A stretch of DNA of 64,000 bases, taken from positions 74,291-138,290 of the forward strand of contig CAZKVV010000002.1 in the NCBI GenBank assembly GCA_964556485.1. Reading direction: 5' to 3'. Made by a program: the position numbers and the translations under genes. Shown here in pieces: positions 8,482 through 17,616 of this stretch (positions are counted from its first letter, which is position 1; every line of letters starts with the position of its first letter). The DNA comes from an uncultured Pseudomonadales bacterium (GTDB lineage Bacteria; Patescibacteriota; Microgenomatia; UBA1400; PJMF01). The notes below the pieces were generated by a model. The model was not told the DNA's origin. It saw only the letters and a list, made by a program, of their open reading frames with translations, and ran no database searches.

Positions 8482-10578
8482 ATGAAACAGTTGGTTGCGT
8501 CATATTTCTTGTTTGTTTTCTTTTTTTGCATGCTTTTTTCTTCCGGATTTGTGGATTCACAAGACGGATTACTCTATCTCACAATCTCAAGGAGAATGTA
8601 CTACGACCATACCTTTGAGATGCCTGATGCTACCTTCCAAGATGGAACAAATATTCATATGAGTACAATGAAAGGTGGCGAAGGCAAGATGTATGCCATC
8701 ACTGGATTAGGATACTCACTTGCATTACTTCCGGCAGTATTTATCGAGGACGTATTCTTACAGCTCAGCAATCAAAAACCAATTGCAGCATTTCCGTTAG
8801 AAAATGATTGGCCAGTATTACTGTTTGCAAGTTTTACCAATTCTTTTTTTGGTGCTCTGTTAACAACGGGAATGTTTCTCTATCTTGTGAGTCTGTCTCT
8901 TAAGAAAAAGCAGGCATTAGTACTAAGTTTCATTTTTTTAGTTTCAAGTAATCTGTTTGTCTACACTAAACACACTTTTGCACACATGATGTTTATAAGC
9001 TTCCTTGTCTGGACATTTTACTTTCTGAAACGAGCGGTTCAAAAAAATAAAGATATATTCTATGTTCTTTCTGGTGCGTGTTTTGGTGTCGTGGTTATTT
9101 CGTATAACCAATCATTTATTTTTACACTGCCCGCACTTGCAACCTACTTTTTCTTGCTGCAGAAAAAAGAGTCATGGTTACCAAGATTGAAAAATTCAGT
9201 AAAGCAAGGTGTACGTGTTCTTCTTGGTGCTGCGCCATTCTTTGCAACCTATCTTTGGTTTAATCGAGTTCGGTTTTCTGGTACAGGTGTGGAAAGTTTT
9301 ATAGAGGCTGCACAGTTTGAGTCTACTTTTTTACCGCCTGCATACATTGTGTTTGAAGGGCTGTGGGGAGTTTTGTTCAGTCCTGGCAAAAGTGTCTTTC
9401 TCTTTTCACCCTTACTATTACTTTTAGTGTTGTTTTGGTTTAAGTTGGATAGAAAAAAGTTTTTTGCTGAAATTATTTCTTTTGTTGTACTCTTTTTAAC
9501 CTATGTTTGGTTTATCGGTACTCTCATGGGTGGAGTTGATAATCCGGTTTGGCACGGTGATTCAAGCTGGGGGCCTCGATATTTGTTGGCTACTGTTCCT
9601 TTTTTATTACTACTTGTTGGTACCATCGTGGTGAAACTCACTAAACGGCAGAAAGTTGTGGTATTTCTACCGTTATTTCTCCTTGGACTTTGGCTGAGTA
9701 TTGTTGGCACTTTTTTGCCATACCAAATACGATTTCAAGGTTTACAAACGAATGCACGGTTTAATGGCAGAGACTTTAATGTCTCTGAATACGGTAACGA
9801 AATACCTAGATACTCACCAGCATTCTCGCAGACCAAGCAGTTTGTAAAACGAGTGTTACATTTTCAAAGTCAGTATGACCATGGTGTGTATGATGTACGA
9901 CTTTTTGATGGATTTGATTATCCATTTGATCTGGGATGGATGATCTGGAGAGGTATGAAACCGTATGCACAAATCTCTTTTGATCGGGGTTCAAAACCAA
10001 TTGATTCGATTAGTTTTCAAATAAAAAATCACCAGATGGATCCAACCAGCAGCATATCTGCCCAGCTGCAGTTTATTTTAAACGGTGAAAAGATCGACCC
10101 AATTGTTGCAACAATTCTGCCTGTTGAAACTGAATTGGAATTTATACTCGAAACAAAAAATAAAACCTTAAAACCGTATGACAACAGTTTAGAAATTGAA
10201 TCAGAATTTATTGGTACGTCCTCTGCGAGTATAGAGAAAAAGCAAGTATTATTTTTACAAATTTTGAGAATAAATGGTGAAATTCAAAATATACATACAC
10301 TCGATTTCCCGTATATATCACCTGTATCTCAAGGGATATCAAAAATTGAGTATGGCTATTGGGGCGCGAAGCAGCAAGATCCTTGGGTTATTTGGCATAT
10401 GCATTCTGGAATTTTTGAGAAAACATTTGATATATGGTGGCTGAGACCCTATCATTATTGGGATTTGCCTAAAGGTTTTTTCGCAGTGCTTCTTGGCATA
10501 ATTCTTACCAGTGCTGTATATTTTGGCATTAATACAATAGTGATATATAAAAAATCACTCAAAAAAAGTCCGAGTTGA
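8482..10578 (+). CDS. Large GT-C-type membrane glycosyltransferase with a C-terminal beta-rich domain
   Basis: SQDGLLY first loop, LFSPGKSVFLFSPLL, WHGDSSWGPRYL; soluble domain at 9901-10278, then a final TM helix. Start moved from the track's TTG 8407 to ATG 8482. Confidence 0.7.
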   Translation: MKQLVASYFLFVFFFCMLFSSGFVDSQDGLLYLTISRRMYYDHTFEMPDATFQDGTNIHMSTMKGGEGKMYAITGLGYSLALLPAVFIEDVFLQLSNQKPIAAFPLENDWPVLLFASFTNSFFGALLTTGMFLYLVSLSLKKKQALVLSFIFLVSSNLFVYTKHTFAHMMFISFLVWTFYFLKRAVQKNKDIFYVLSGACFGVVVISYNQSFIFTLPALATYFFLLQKKESWLPRLKNSVKQGVRVLLGAAPFFATYLWFNRVRFSGTGVESFIEAAQFESTFLPPAYIVFEGLWGVLFSPGKSVFLFSPLLLLLVLFWFKLDRKKFFAEIISFVVLFLTYVWFIGTLMGGVDNPVWHGDSSWGPRYLLATVPFLLLLVGTIVVKLTKRQKVVVFLPLFLLGLWLSIVGTFLPYQIRFQGLQTNARFNGRDFNVSEYGNEIPRYSPAFSQTKQFVKRVLHFQSQYDHGVYDVRLFDGFDYPFDLGWMIWRGMKPYAQISFDRGSKPIDSISFQIKNHQMDPTSSISAQLQFILNGEKIDPIVATILPVETELEFILETKNKTLKPYDNSLEIESEFIGTSSASIEKKQVLFLQILRINGEIQNIHTLDFPYISPVSQGISKIEYGYWGAKQQDPWVIWHMHSGIFEKTFDIWWLRPYHYWDLPKGFFAVLLGIILTSAVYFGINTIVIYKKSLKKSPS

Positions 10579-10612
10579 TAGAGAACGCTGGTCAAAATTG
10601 TTGTAAACACTA

Positions 10613-10618
10613 TATAAT
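10613..10618 (+). promoter_or_regulatory. Putative -10 box (TATAAT), 6 nt before ATG 10625
   Basis: TATAAT-gaatct-ATG; no SD. Confidence 0.65.
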
Positions 10619-10624
10619 GAATCT

Positions 10625-11404
10625 ATGTTCCAGTTATTGATTCAACCATTTGTAACTCATAAGTACTTACTGTTACAGTTGGTTCAACGAGAGATTAAAG
10701 CCCGGTATAAACAATCGATAATCGGTTATTTCTGGGTAGTTCTGAATCCGTTAGCCCAAATGTTGGTCTACACGTTTGTTTTTTCAATCGTTTTTCGGTT
10801 TCCATCAGAAATTCCCTATCCTTTATTTTTATTTGCAGCACTTTTACCATGGACACAGCTCCAGACTACAATCTCAGCTGCGACAAACTCACTAGTTAGT
10901 AACGACGTTTTGTTAAAGAAGGTTGCATTTCCAAGAGAAGTTATTCCTTATTCTGTAGTTATTTCAAAATTACTTGATTTCATTTTTGCTTCCCTGATTT
11001 TTATTATCATGATGGTTCTATACAAACAACCGTTTTTGTTGAGCAGTTTGTACTTTTTTGCACTCTTTTTTGTGCAAATTATTCTAATGACAGGTATTTC
11101 ATTATTACTTTCCGCACTTAATTTGTTTTATCGAGATATTCAGTATCTAACGACACTCGTGTTAATGATTTGGATGTACATGACACCAGTTGTGTATCCT
11201 CTCAGCTTAGTTCCAGCTGAATATATTTGGATATATAAACTTAATCCAATGGTAGGTTTGATAGAAGGTTATCGGTCTGCACTTTTTGGATTTCCATTTG
11301 AAACAAGCATTATTTCTTGGTCAGTGTTTATTTCATTGGCACTGTTTATCATAGGTTTTGTTGTGTTTAAAAGAACAGAAAAAGTATTTGCAGACGTCGT
11401 ATAA
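10625..11404 (+). CDS. wzm: ABC-2 polysaccharide exporter permease
   Basis: REIKARYKQSIIGYFWVVLNPL, KKVAFPRE, FYRDIQY, MYMTPVVYP, LNPMVGLIEGYR. Confidence 0.92.
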   Translation: MFQLLIQPFVTHKYLLLQLVQREIKARYKQSIIGYFWVVLNPLAQMLVYTFVFSIVFRFPSEIPYPLFLFAALLPWTQLQTTISAATNSLVSNDVLLKKVAFPREVIPYSVVISKLLDFIFASLIFIIMMVLYKQPFLLSSLYFFALFFVQIILMTGISLLLSALNLFYRDIQYLTTLVLMIWMYMTPVVYPLSLVPAEYIWIYKLNPMVGLIEGYRSALFGFPFETSIISWSVFISLALFIIGFVVFKRTEKVFADVV

Positions 11405-11408
11405 AACT

Positions 11409-12152
11409 ATGTCAGAACCACACATCAGCTTTTCACATGTTACTAAAGAGTATTACCTTCAAGGTGACAGAACCATGAAGGAACTCATTCCAAGTTTAAT
11501 TAAAGGTAAAACCTGGGCAAAGAAAATTACAGCAACCCGAGATTTGTCTTTTTCAATTAAAGCTGGAGAAACAGTGGGTATTGTAGGCAGAAATGGTGCT
11601 GGTAAATCAACATTAATGAAACTAATAGCAGGTGTGACGTATCCTACCAGTGGAGAGGTTCAAAGCAGCGGTAGAGTTGCGCCTATGATTGAACTTGGTG
11701 CAGGTTTTCACTATGAGCTTAATGGGTATGAAAACATTTTTCTCAACGGTGCAATTCTAGGAATGCATAAAAAAGAAATCGAGTTAGTTCTTGATGAAAT
11801 TATTGAATTTAGTGGTGTTAAAGACTTTTTACATGAGCCATTAAAAAGATTTTCAACCGGCATGGTAATGAGATTAGCTTTTGCAATCGTTGTGCATACC
11901 AAGGCTCAAATCTATCTCATTGATGAAGTTTTGGCAGTTGGTGATGCTGCCTTTAGAGAAAAATGTTTAACTAAATTAAATGAGATAAAGCAAAAGAATG
12001 ACACCATTATTATTTTTGTCAGCCATGATGAAGAAGCAGTAACCTCCTTTTGTGAACGGGCTATTCTATTAGAAAAAGGTACCAGTATTTTAGAAGGCTC
12101 CCCAAAGCAGATTTTCAAAGAGTATAACCATCGACTAGCTTCACCAGCATAG
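11409..12152 (+). CDS. wzt: ABC polysaccharide exporter ATPase, without a C-terminal carbohydrate-binding domain
   Basis: Walker A GRNGAGKST, ELGAGF, signature FSTGM, Walker B IYLIDEVLAVGD, VSH. Start ATG 11409 follows the wzm stop. Confidence 0.92.
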   Translation: MSEPHISFSHVTKEYYLQGDRTMKELIPSLIKGKTWAKKITATRDLSFSIKAGETVGIVGRNGAGKSTLMKLIAGVTYPTSGEVQSSGRVAPMIELGAGFHYELNGYENIFLNGAILGMHKKEIELVLDEIIEFSGVKDFLHEPLKRFSTGMVMRLAFAIVVHTKAQIYLIDEVLAVGDAAFREKCLTKLNEIKQKNDTIIIFVSHDEEAVTSFCERAILLEKGTSILEGSPKQIFKEYNHRLASPA

Positions 12153-12154
12153 CT

Positions 12155-13690
12155 ATGGCAACTAAACAAGCTTCTCTTACTGAACAAATATTTAAAGGTA
12201 GTTTTATTGTTATTGTAACGAGTATAGTAGCCTCCCCTCTGGGATATGGCACCAGAATTTTGCTCTCGCGTTCTCTTTCGACTGAAAGTTATGGACTCTT
12301 TTATGCAGTCATTACCTTTTTTTTATTGTTTTCTTCATATACAGATTTGGGCCTTGGAAAAGCAGTTGCTTACTACATTTCTAAATTGTTCGCGAAAAAT
12401 GAAAAAGAGGAAATCTGGCTCATTTCTGTGTATGCACTTATCATGGGCATTATTAGCTCGTTGCTGATTGCTGCTGTGGTGCTCCTTTCAAGGAATTTTT
12501 TAGCTGAGAGTTTCTTTAAAAGTGCAGAAGCAAAATCGATTATACCTATCCTAACAGTCTTTTTTTTACTTGAGTGCATCAGTCTGATCTTTAAAAATAT
12601 TTTTGTTGGCTTACAAAAGGTACAGTACTATTCATTAATACAACCATTACGGTTGTTGTTAACTTTTTGCTTTTCAGCACTTTTATTTTATTTTAAAAGT
12701 TCTTCACTTATTTATTTTTCATTGGCATGGATGTTTGCATACATTCTGACCATAGGATTTTTTACCTATTTTACATTTCGCAGGTATTCTTCATTCTTTG
12801 GTCGAATATACTACGATAAGTCATTGCTTAAAAACTTAGGTAGCTATGCAGTACCAAATATTGCAACAGGAGTAGTACACCAGTTAAATAGCTATGCTGA
12901 CACTCTATTTTTGACGCTAATTAGGGGTGTGCAGTCTGTGGGGTTATACAACATTATTGTCCCTATTATTGACTTACCAAGCCTAGTATTAACACCACTG
13001 ACTAGAGTCTTTTTCCCAATGATTGCATCATTGCATGGTGAGGAAGAAGGAAAGCAAAAAATTGTCTATTTTACAGAATCATTTTTAAAAATTATTCCAC
13101 TGATTACCCTTTATTTTAATGTATTTATTTTTTTGTTTGCTAGAACAACCATAGCGACGCTTTTTTCATACAAATGGGTGGAATTGGCTGAAAAACCCCT
13201 TATTCTTATCTCCATATCATATTTGTTCACTACCTTAGTTATGTATCTAAGTATGATTATTGAGGGTATGGGGCTCTTAAAGCAAAAAGTTAAAATTACA
13301 ACCATTTTACTATTACTAAATATTGTGATTAATCCGATTGCAATTACCTTGTGGGGTATAAATGGTTTAATTATTGTTAATTCATTTTTGCAATGTATTG
13401 GTATGATTTTGTATTTATTCGTACTCTCTAAGAGAATTACTTTCGCTGTACCTCTTAAAATGTATGCCAAGTATTTCCTCTTCTTTGGTTCACTGATTAC
13501 TTTTGTTAAGCTGATTGGATATTCTCCAACATCGTTCGTATCATTTATTGTATCTGGAATGCTATACACTATCGTAGTTTCTGTTTTTGCATCAAAACAA
13601 CATTTATTAGATGCCGCAACAATTGAAATTATCTCAACAAAGCTTAAAGCATTTCCCGTTTTGAAAAAAATACTAAACTTTAGAAACTAA
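12155..13690 (+). CDS. Wzx-type flippase (about 14 TM)
   Basis: LLSRSLSTESYGLFY, DLGLGKAV, DTLFL...SVGLYN, FFPMIASL; very hydrophobic. Confidence 0.85.
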   Translation: MATKQASLTEQIFKGSFIVIVTSIVASPLGYGTRILLSRSLSTESYGLFYAVITFFLLFSSYTDLGLGKAVAYYISKLFAKNEKEEIWLISVYALIMGIISSLLIAAVVLLSRNFLAESFFKSAEAKSIIPILTVFFLLECISLIFKNIFVGLQKVQYYSLIQPLRLLLTFCFSALLFYFKSSSLIYFSLAWMFAYILTIGFFTYFTFRRYSSFFGRIYYDKSLLKNLGSYAVPNIATGVVHQLNSYADTLFLTLIRGVQSVGLYNIIVPIIDLPSLVLTPLTRVFFPMIASLHGEEEGKQKIVYFTESFLKIIPLITLYFNVFIFLFARTTIATLFSYKWVELAEKPLILISISYLFTTLVMYLSMIIEGMGLLKQKVKITTILLLLNIVINPIAITLWGINGLIIVNSFLQCIGMILYLFVLSKRITFAVPLKMYAKYFLFFGSLITFVKLIGYSPTSFVSFIVSGMLYTIVVSVFASKQHLLDAATIEIISTKLKAFPVLKKILNFRN

Positions 13691-13700
13691 AGAACAAAGC

Positions 13701-14405
13701 TTATCTTTTTCTTGCAACAATACATGTTGTATACCCAAATGAAATTGGCAGCGTATATTCAAATGCAATTAGTGGTGCAACACATCTTCTAGAACATTTG
13801 CCGACTGGACCTAAAGTACCTTTTGTTCTAAATAGCACTTTATCTAAAGCATCGAAAAAGAATGATAATAAAGATGAAAATAATGGTGCGACAAACAAAC
13901 CTTTTTTAGTAGATGTTTCAATAGAAAAACCTAATCTAATCAAAACTTTTTCTAATACCTTTGACGAAAAATAGCGATGAGGAAGAAAAAAATGATACAA
14001 ATTGATTGCTCGGTAAACGAATGAATCTGTTGTTGTTGATAGTAAAATGAGACCGCCTGGTTTTAAAACTCTATGCATTTGCGTAACTAAAAAGGCTATC
14101 TCTTTGTTGGTCATGTACTGAAGCACTCCAACTAAAAAAATCGCATCCTGAGAGTTGGTTGCACCTAAATTATATGAATTTTCACCTTTAATTCCAGAAA
14201 ATGAAAAGTGAGGGTAGATTTTTTTTGCCGAATATATTGAATCAAAATTAACATCAAGTCCAATATAAGATTTGATGTGTATCTTCTCTTGAAGGTATGG
14301 TATTAAATCACCTGCACCACACCCAAAATCAACAATAGATACTTTTTGAGTAGTATCAACATTTTGTGTTAAGAGGTTAACGAGTAAGGTGTGTGTTGGT
14401 GACAT
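13701..14405 (-). CDS. Class I SAM-dependent methyltransferase
   Basis: IVDFGCGAG, YIGLD, VLQYM, HRVLKPGG. Confidence 0.88.
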   Translation of the reverse strand: MSPTHTLLVNLLTQNVDTTQKVSIVDFGCGAGDLIPYLQEKIHIKSYIGLDVNFDSIYSAKKIYPHFSFSGIKGENSYNLGATNSQDAIFLVGVLQYMTNKEIAFLVTQMHRVLKPGGLILLSTTTDSFVYRAINLYHFFLPHRYFSSKVLEKVLIRLGFSIETSTKKGLFVAPLFSSLLSFFFDALDKVLFRTKGTLGPVGKCSRRCVAPLIAFEYTLPISFGYTTCIVARKR

Positions 14406-15285
14406 TTTGTAAATATGGTAGCACCCGTTTCATTGCTGAAGGGTGTTTTTTAACTGCTATTAGATTACTCGTTTGAGTGAATTGCTTGTTATGTGAAACA
14501 AGTTGCAAAAAGCCTGTATCATTAAATTCAAAAATGAAATACTTTTTTGAAATGAGCTGTAATAATTGTTTTGAACTCGAACCAAAATGAGTAATATTCT
14601 TATTCATTTCAAACATGCAGATGTCCACAGAACCTGAACTAAGCATCTTTTTTGCTCCACTAAATACAAGTGGCTCAGCACCTTCAACATCAATTTTAAG
14701 AATATTGATTTGAGCAATTCCCATTTTCTTGCAAAATGAGTCAATGGTTATTGCAGGTACTGTGATAGATTTTTCAGTTCTATCTTGCTGCCAATCTAGG
14801 TGGTTTACCTCAGACTGGCTGGAAATTGAAAATGAGCAGTTACCCACAGAATCTGACACAGCTTGCTGATATACCTCAACTCTTTTGGCAAAGTCATTGA
14901 GTCTAATATTCTGGTGTAGATACTTCAGCAATTGAGGCGTTGGTTCAAATGCATACACCTTACCTTTTGGACACTTATGGGCAGCAAGCACTGTCAATGC
15001 ACCGATGTTTGCACCAACGTCAAAGACAGTGTCATCATCTGAGATGATTGAATGAAAGAACATCATTTCAAAGTATTCTGGCATTTTACTGTAGACCACG
15101 AAACTTCCATAGGAACTCTGAGGATAACAAATCAGTTGCACGCCATCAACAAGTGACACAACTGCAGGTATTTTAAAAATTAACTGATTCATTTTCCACC
15201 ATGCTAGTAGAAAAATCGTATACAGTTCTTTAGATTTATTGTTAGGATGTGAAAGTACAGTAGTGAGTTGAGATAGCAATGACAT
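14377..15285 (-). CDS. FkbM-family methyltransferase
   Basis: FDVGANIG, VYAFEP, ITIDSF, LKIDVEGAE. Confidence 0.92.
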   Translation of the reverse strand: MSLLSQLTTVLSHPNNKSKELYTIFLLAWWKMNQLIFKIPAVVSLVDGVQLICYPQSSYGSFVVYSKMPEYFEMMFFHSIISDDDTVFDVGANIGALTVLAAHKCPKGKVYAFEPTPQLLKYLHQNIRLNDFAKRVEVYQQAVSDSVGNCSFSISSQSEVNHLDWQQDRTEKSITVPAITIDSFCKKMGIAQINILKIDVEGAEPLVFSGAKKMLSSGSVDICMFEMNKNITHFGSSSKQLLQLISKKYFIFEFNDTGFLQLVSHNKQFTQTSNLIAVKKHPSAMKRVLPYLQNVTNTHLTR

Positions 15286-16367
15286 TATGCGTACATTTCT
15301 TCAGCGAGTAGCGCATCGATAAAAAATTTAGTTGCCCAATTAATATATGCTAATCTGCAATATCCACGATTAGCTAAAAGATCTCCCCAAAGCGGATCAC
15401 TGCCTGCCATGCCACCTATTGTCTGGGGAACTAAGCTTTTTGTCACCTGCTTTGACTTAAGGTACCTGTTCATTTTCGTGCCAGCTTCCTTGAAGTACTG
15501 CTTCCCGGTTAGATGATACATCTGCCACCACATCAGAGAGAGTTGCGCATCACCCGTTAAACAGCTGTATACATCCTTAGATTGCCATTGAGAATCAAAA
15601 GTGCCTGGCAACTTGTTGTACTTTAAGAAATAGTTTAGAGGTGGTATCGCACCTTTGAGTGCAGACATTGCATATGGCTTTGAATTCAGAATGAGACTTG
15701 ACCACCAAAAGCCTTCGATAGCGTAAGAAATTGTATGGGTAAATGGCACCACACTATTTGGGGGCGGCAAATGATTAACAGCATACCAGCCATTTGGAAG
15801 TTGGTTAACAAGTGCCCAATCCAAATTTTTACAGGCACTATCTTTATACTTCTCAATGCCGGTTATTTCGTACACTCTCAGTAAGCCCCATGCTACTCTG
15901 GTGTGGTAGGTGTGTTTAGTTGAGCCATAAGTATTTTTAAGCCAACTTCCATCAGGTTCTTGAATCTCACAGAGAAAATCTGCAGCTCTCACTGCCGCAT
16001 CACGGTACTTATTTTCATGTGTTACTTCATACAGTGAGGTTAGTCCTAATAAATCTTGTCCAGTATTAAAAACAGTCGGTGGAGAGGGATCTTGCTGCTC
16101 TGCGACTGCAGTTCTAAATCCACCACCTGCTACTTCTTGTGTGAGTAAAAAATCTCCCATGTGAGCAGCTCTATTTTGAAGGTCTGTTGAACCATATATG
16201 CGTGCACAATCAAGAAAAGTATTAATAATATACCCAGTGGTTTCGATGTATGAATGAGACCAACCAGAAACTAGTGAGTACCATGCCGAAACACCCCCCT
16301 GGTTGGTTGTGTCTTGTGCACGTTTTAGCCAATTGAGAGCTAAAAAAATGTGATCTCTGTTAGTCAT
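15285..16367 (-). CDS. Uncharacterised alpha/alpha-toroid protein (prenyltransferase/squalene-cyclase-like repeats)
   Basis: Helical repeats with QEPDGSW and QLPNGWY; motifs SYIETTGYII, VFNTGQ, THTISY, CLTGDAQ, NWATKFFIDAL. Confidence 0.7.
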   Translation of the reverse strand: MTNRDHIFLALNWLKRAQDTTNQGGVSAWYSLVSGWSHSYIETTGYIINTFLDCARIYGSTDLQNRAAHMGDFLLTQEVAGGGFRTAVAEQQDPSPPTVFNTGQDLLGLTSLYEVTHENKYRDAAVRAADFLCEIQEPDGSWLKNTYGSTKHTYHTRVAWGLLRVYEITGIEKYKDSACKNLDWALVNQLPNGWYAVNHLPPPNSVVPFTHTISYAIEGFWWSSLILNSKPYAMSALKGAIPPLNYFLKYNKLPGTFDSQWQSKDVYSCLTGDAQLSLMWWQMYHLTGKQYFKEAGTKMNRYLKSKQVTKSLVPQTIGGMAGSDPLWGDLLANRGYCRLAYINWATKFFIDALLAEEMYA

Positions 16368-17616
16368 ATAGTACTGGTGTTCCCAGTTTATATACTAAAG
16401 CGGTCGCGCCTTCAAGTGCTTCCTTTGTAAAACAGTTTCGACTATCATAAATCACTTTGAGGTTTGGATAGTTTTTAAAGTGTAGTGATGTATATTCATC
16501 GTGATCTGTCACCAATACTAGGGCATCAGCAGTTGTAAGGGCTTCTTCTAGGGTTGAAAAACGAGCATCACTGACATATGGATCAGTGATGATTATTTTT
16601 GCAAACTTCGAAAGTTTTGTAATAAGTGCTGCAGCTGGAGTTTCTCTTGTATCATCAACATTTTTCTTGTATGCATAGCCCAATATTGCAATAACTGGTT
16701 TTGGTACGTTTTGCTTAGTGAGTGCAGCTTGAACTGTTTGGCAAACATGGTCTGACATGTCTTCATTAATCTCAAGAGCCAGCTTAATAAGTGGCGCAGT
16801 ATTCTTGCGAACAAAAAACCATGGGTCAATGGGTATGCAGTGTCCACCAACTCCTGGACCTGGCTGATGAATTGAAACACGAGGATGTTTGTTAGCAAGC
16901 TCTATAGCTTCCCAAACATTAAAGCCTAGTTGTTCACCTAACTTTGCAAACTCATTTGCGAGTGCAATATTGACAGCGCGGTAGGTATTTTCCATTACTT
17001 TGCAACTAGCTGCAACAGTCACGGTTGTTTGATACAAATTACCGGTTACAAACTTTGCATAGACTGTTTGTGTGGCAGTTGCACTTTGAGCATCTACTGC
17101 ACCAATAATTCTGTCATTTCCAACCATTTCACTGAGAGTATTTCCCGGTATTGCTCGTTCTGGACAATGTGAAAACAGAAATTTCTTACCCCAGCTCGTA
17201 ACTTCGGGAATGAGGATGTCTTCACAATCTTTAGGCCCAACTGTTGATTCGATAATAATCAAGTTACCATCTACAAATACCGATTTAATGAGGTTTAGAG
17301 CAGAGAGTACATAGGTAAGATCTGCTGATGCCCCAAGACCTTCAGCAAGCATTGTATGTGGTGTAGGTACGGCTATGATAAATACATCTGCTGGTTTGAT
17401 TGTAGTAGTAAACTCAATCGACTTTTTTGCTTGTGCAGCTTTGAATAACTCTTGTAATCCTTTTTCTTCAAAATACAGTTCACCTTTAGTAAGTTTGGAA
17501 ATCTTTTGAGTATCAACATCAAAGCCGATGGTGGTAACGCCAGATTTTGCAATGAGCAGCGCTGTTGGTAACCCGATATACCCTAAACCTACTACACAGA
17601 CTTTTTGTTGTTTCAT
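16360..17616 (-). CDS. wecC: UDP-N-acetyl-hexosamine (ManNAc) 6-dehydrogenase
   Basis: VVGLGYIGLP, IAVPTP, IESTV, CPERAIPG, KVMENTYRAVNIA, catalytic GGHCIPIDP, YKKNVDDTRETP; directly downstream of wecB. Confidence 0.88.
   Translation of the reverse strand: MKQQKVCVVGLGYIGLPTALLIAKSGVTTIGFDVDTQKISKLTKGELYFEEKGLQELFKAAQAKKSIEFTTTIKPADVFIIAVPTPHTMLAEGLGASADLTYVLSALNLIKSVFVDGNLIIIESTVGPKDCEDILIPEVTSWGKKFLFSHCPERAIPGNTLSEMVGNDRIIGAVDAQSATATQTVYAKFVTGNLYQTTVTVAASCKVMENTYRAVNIALANEFAKLGEQLGFNVWEAIELANKHPRVSIHQPGPGVGGHCIPIDPWFFVRKNTAPLIKLALEINEDMSDHVCQTVQAALTKQNVPKPVIAILGYAYKKNVDDTRETPAAALITKLSKFAKIIITDPYVSDARFSTLEEALTTADALVLVTDHDEYTSLHFKNYPNLKVIYDSRNCFTKEALEGATALVYKLGTPVLYD

Noticed and set aside
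15285-16367. Squalene-hopene cyclase or prenyltransferase call
   Set aside because: About half the cyclase length, no DxDD motif, and a purely glycan context.
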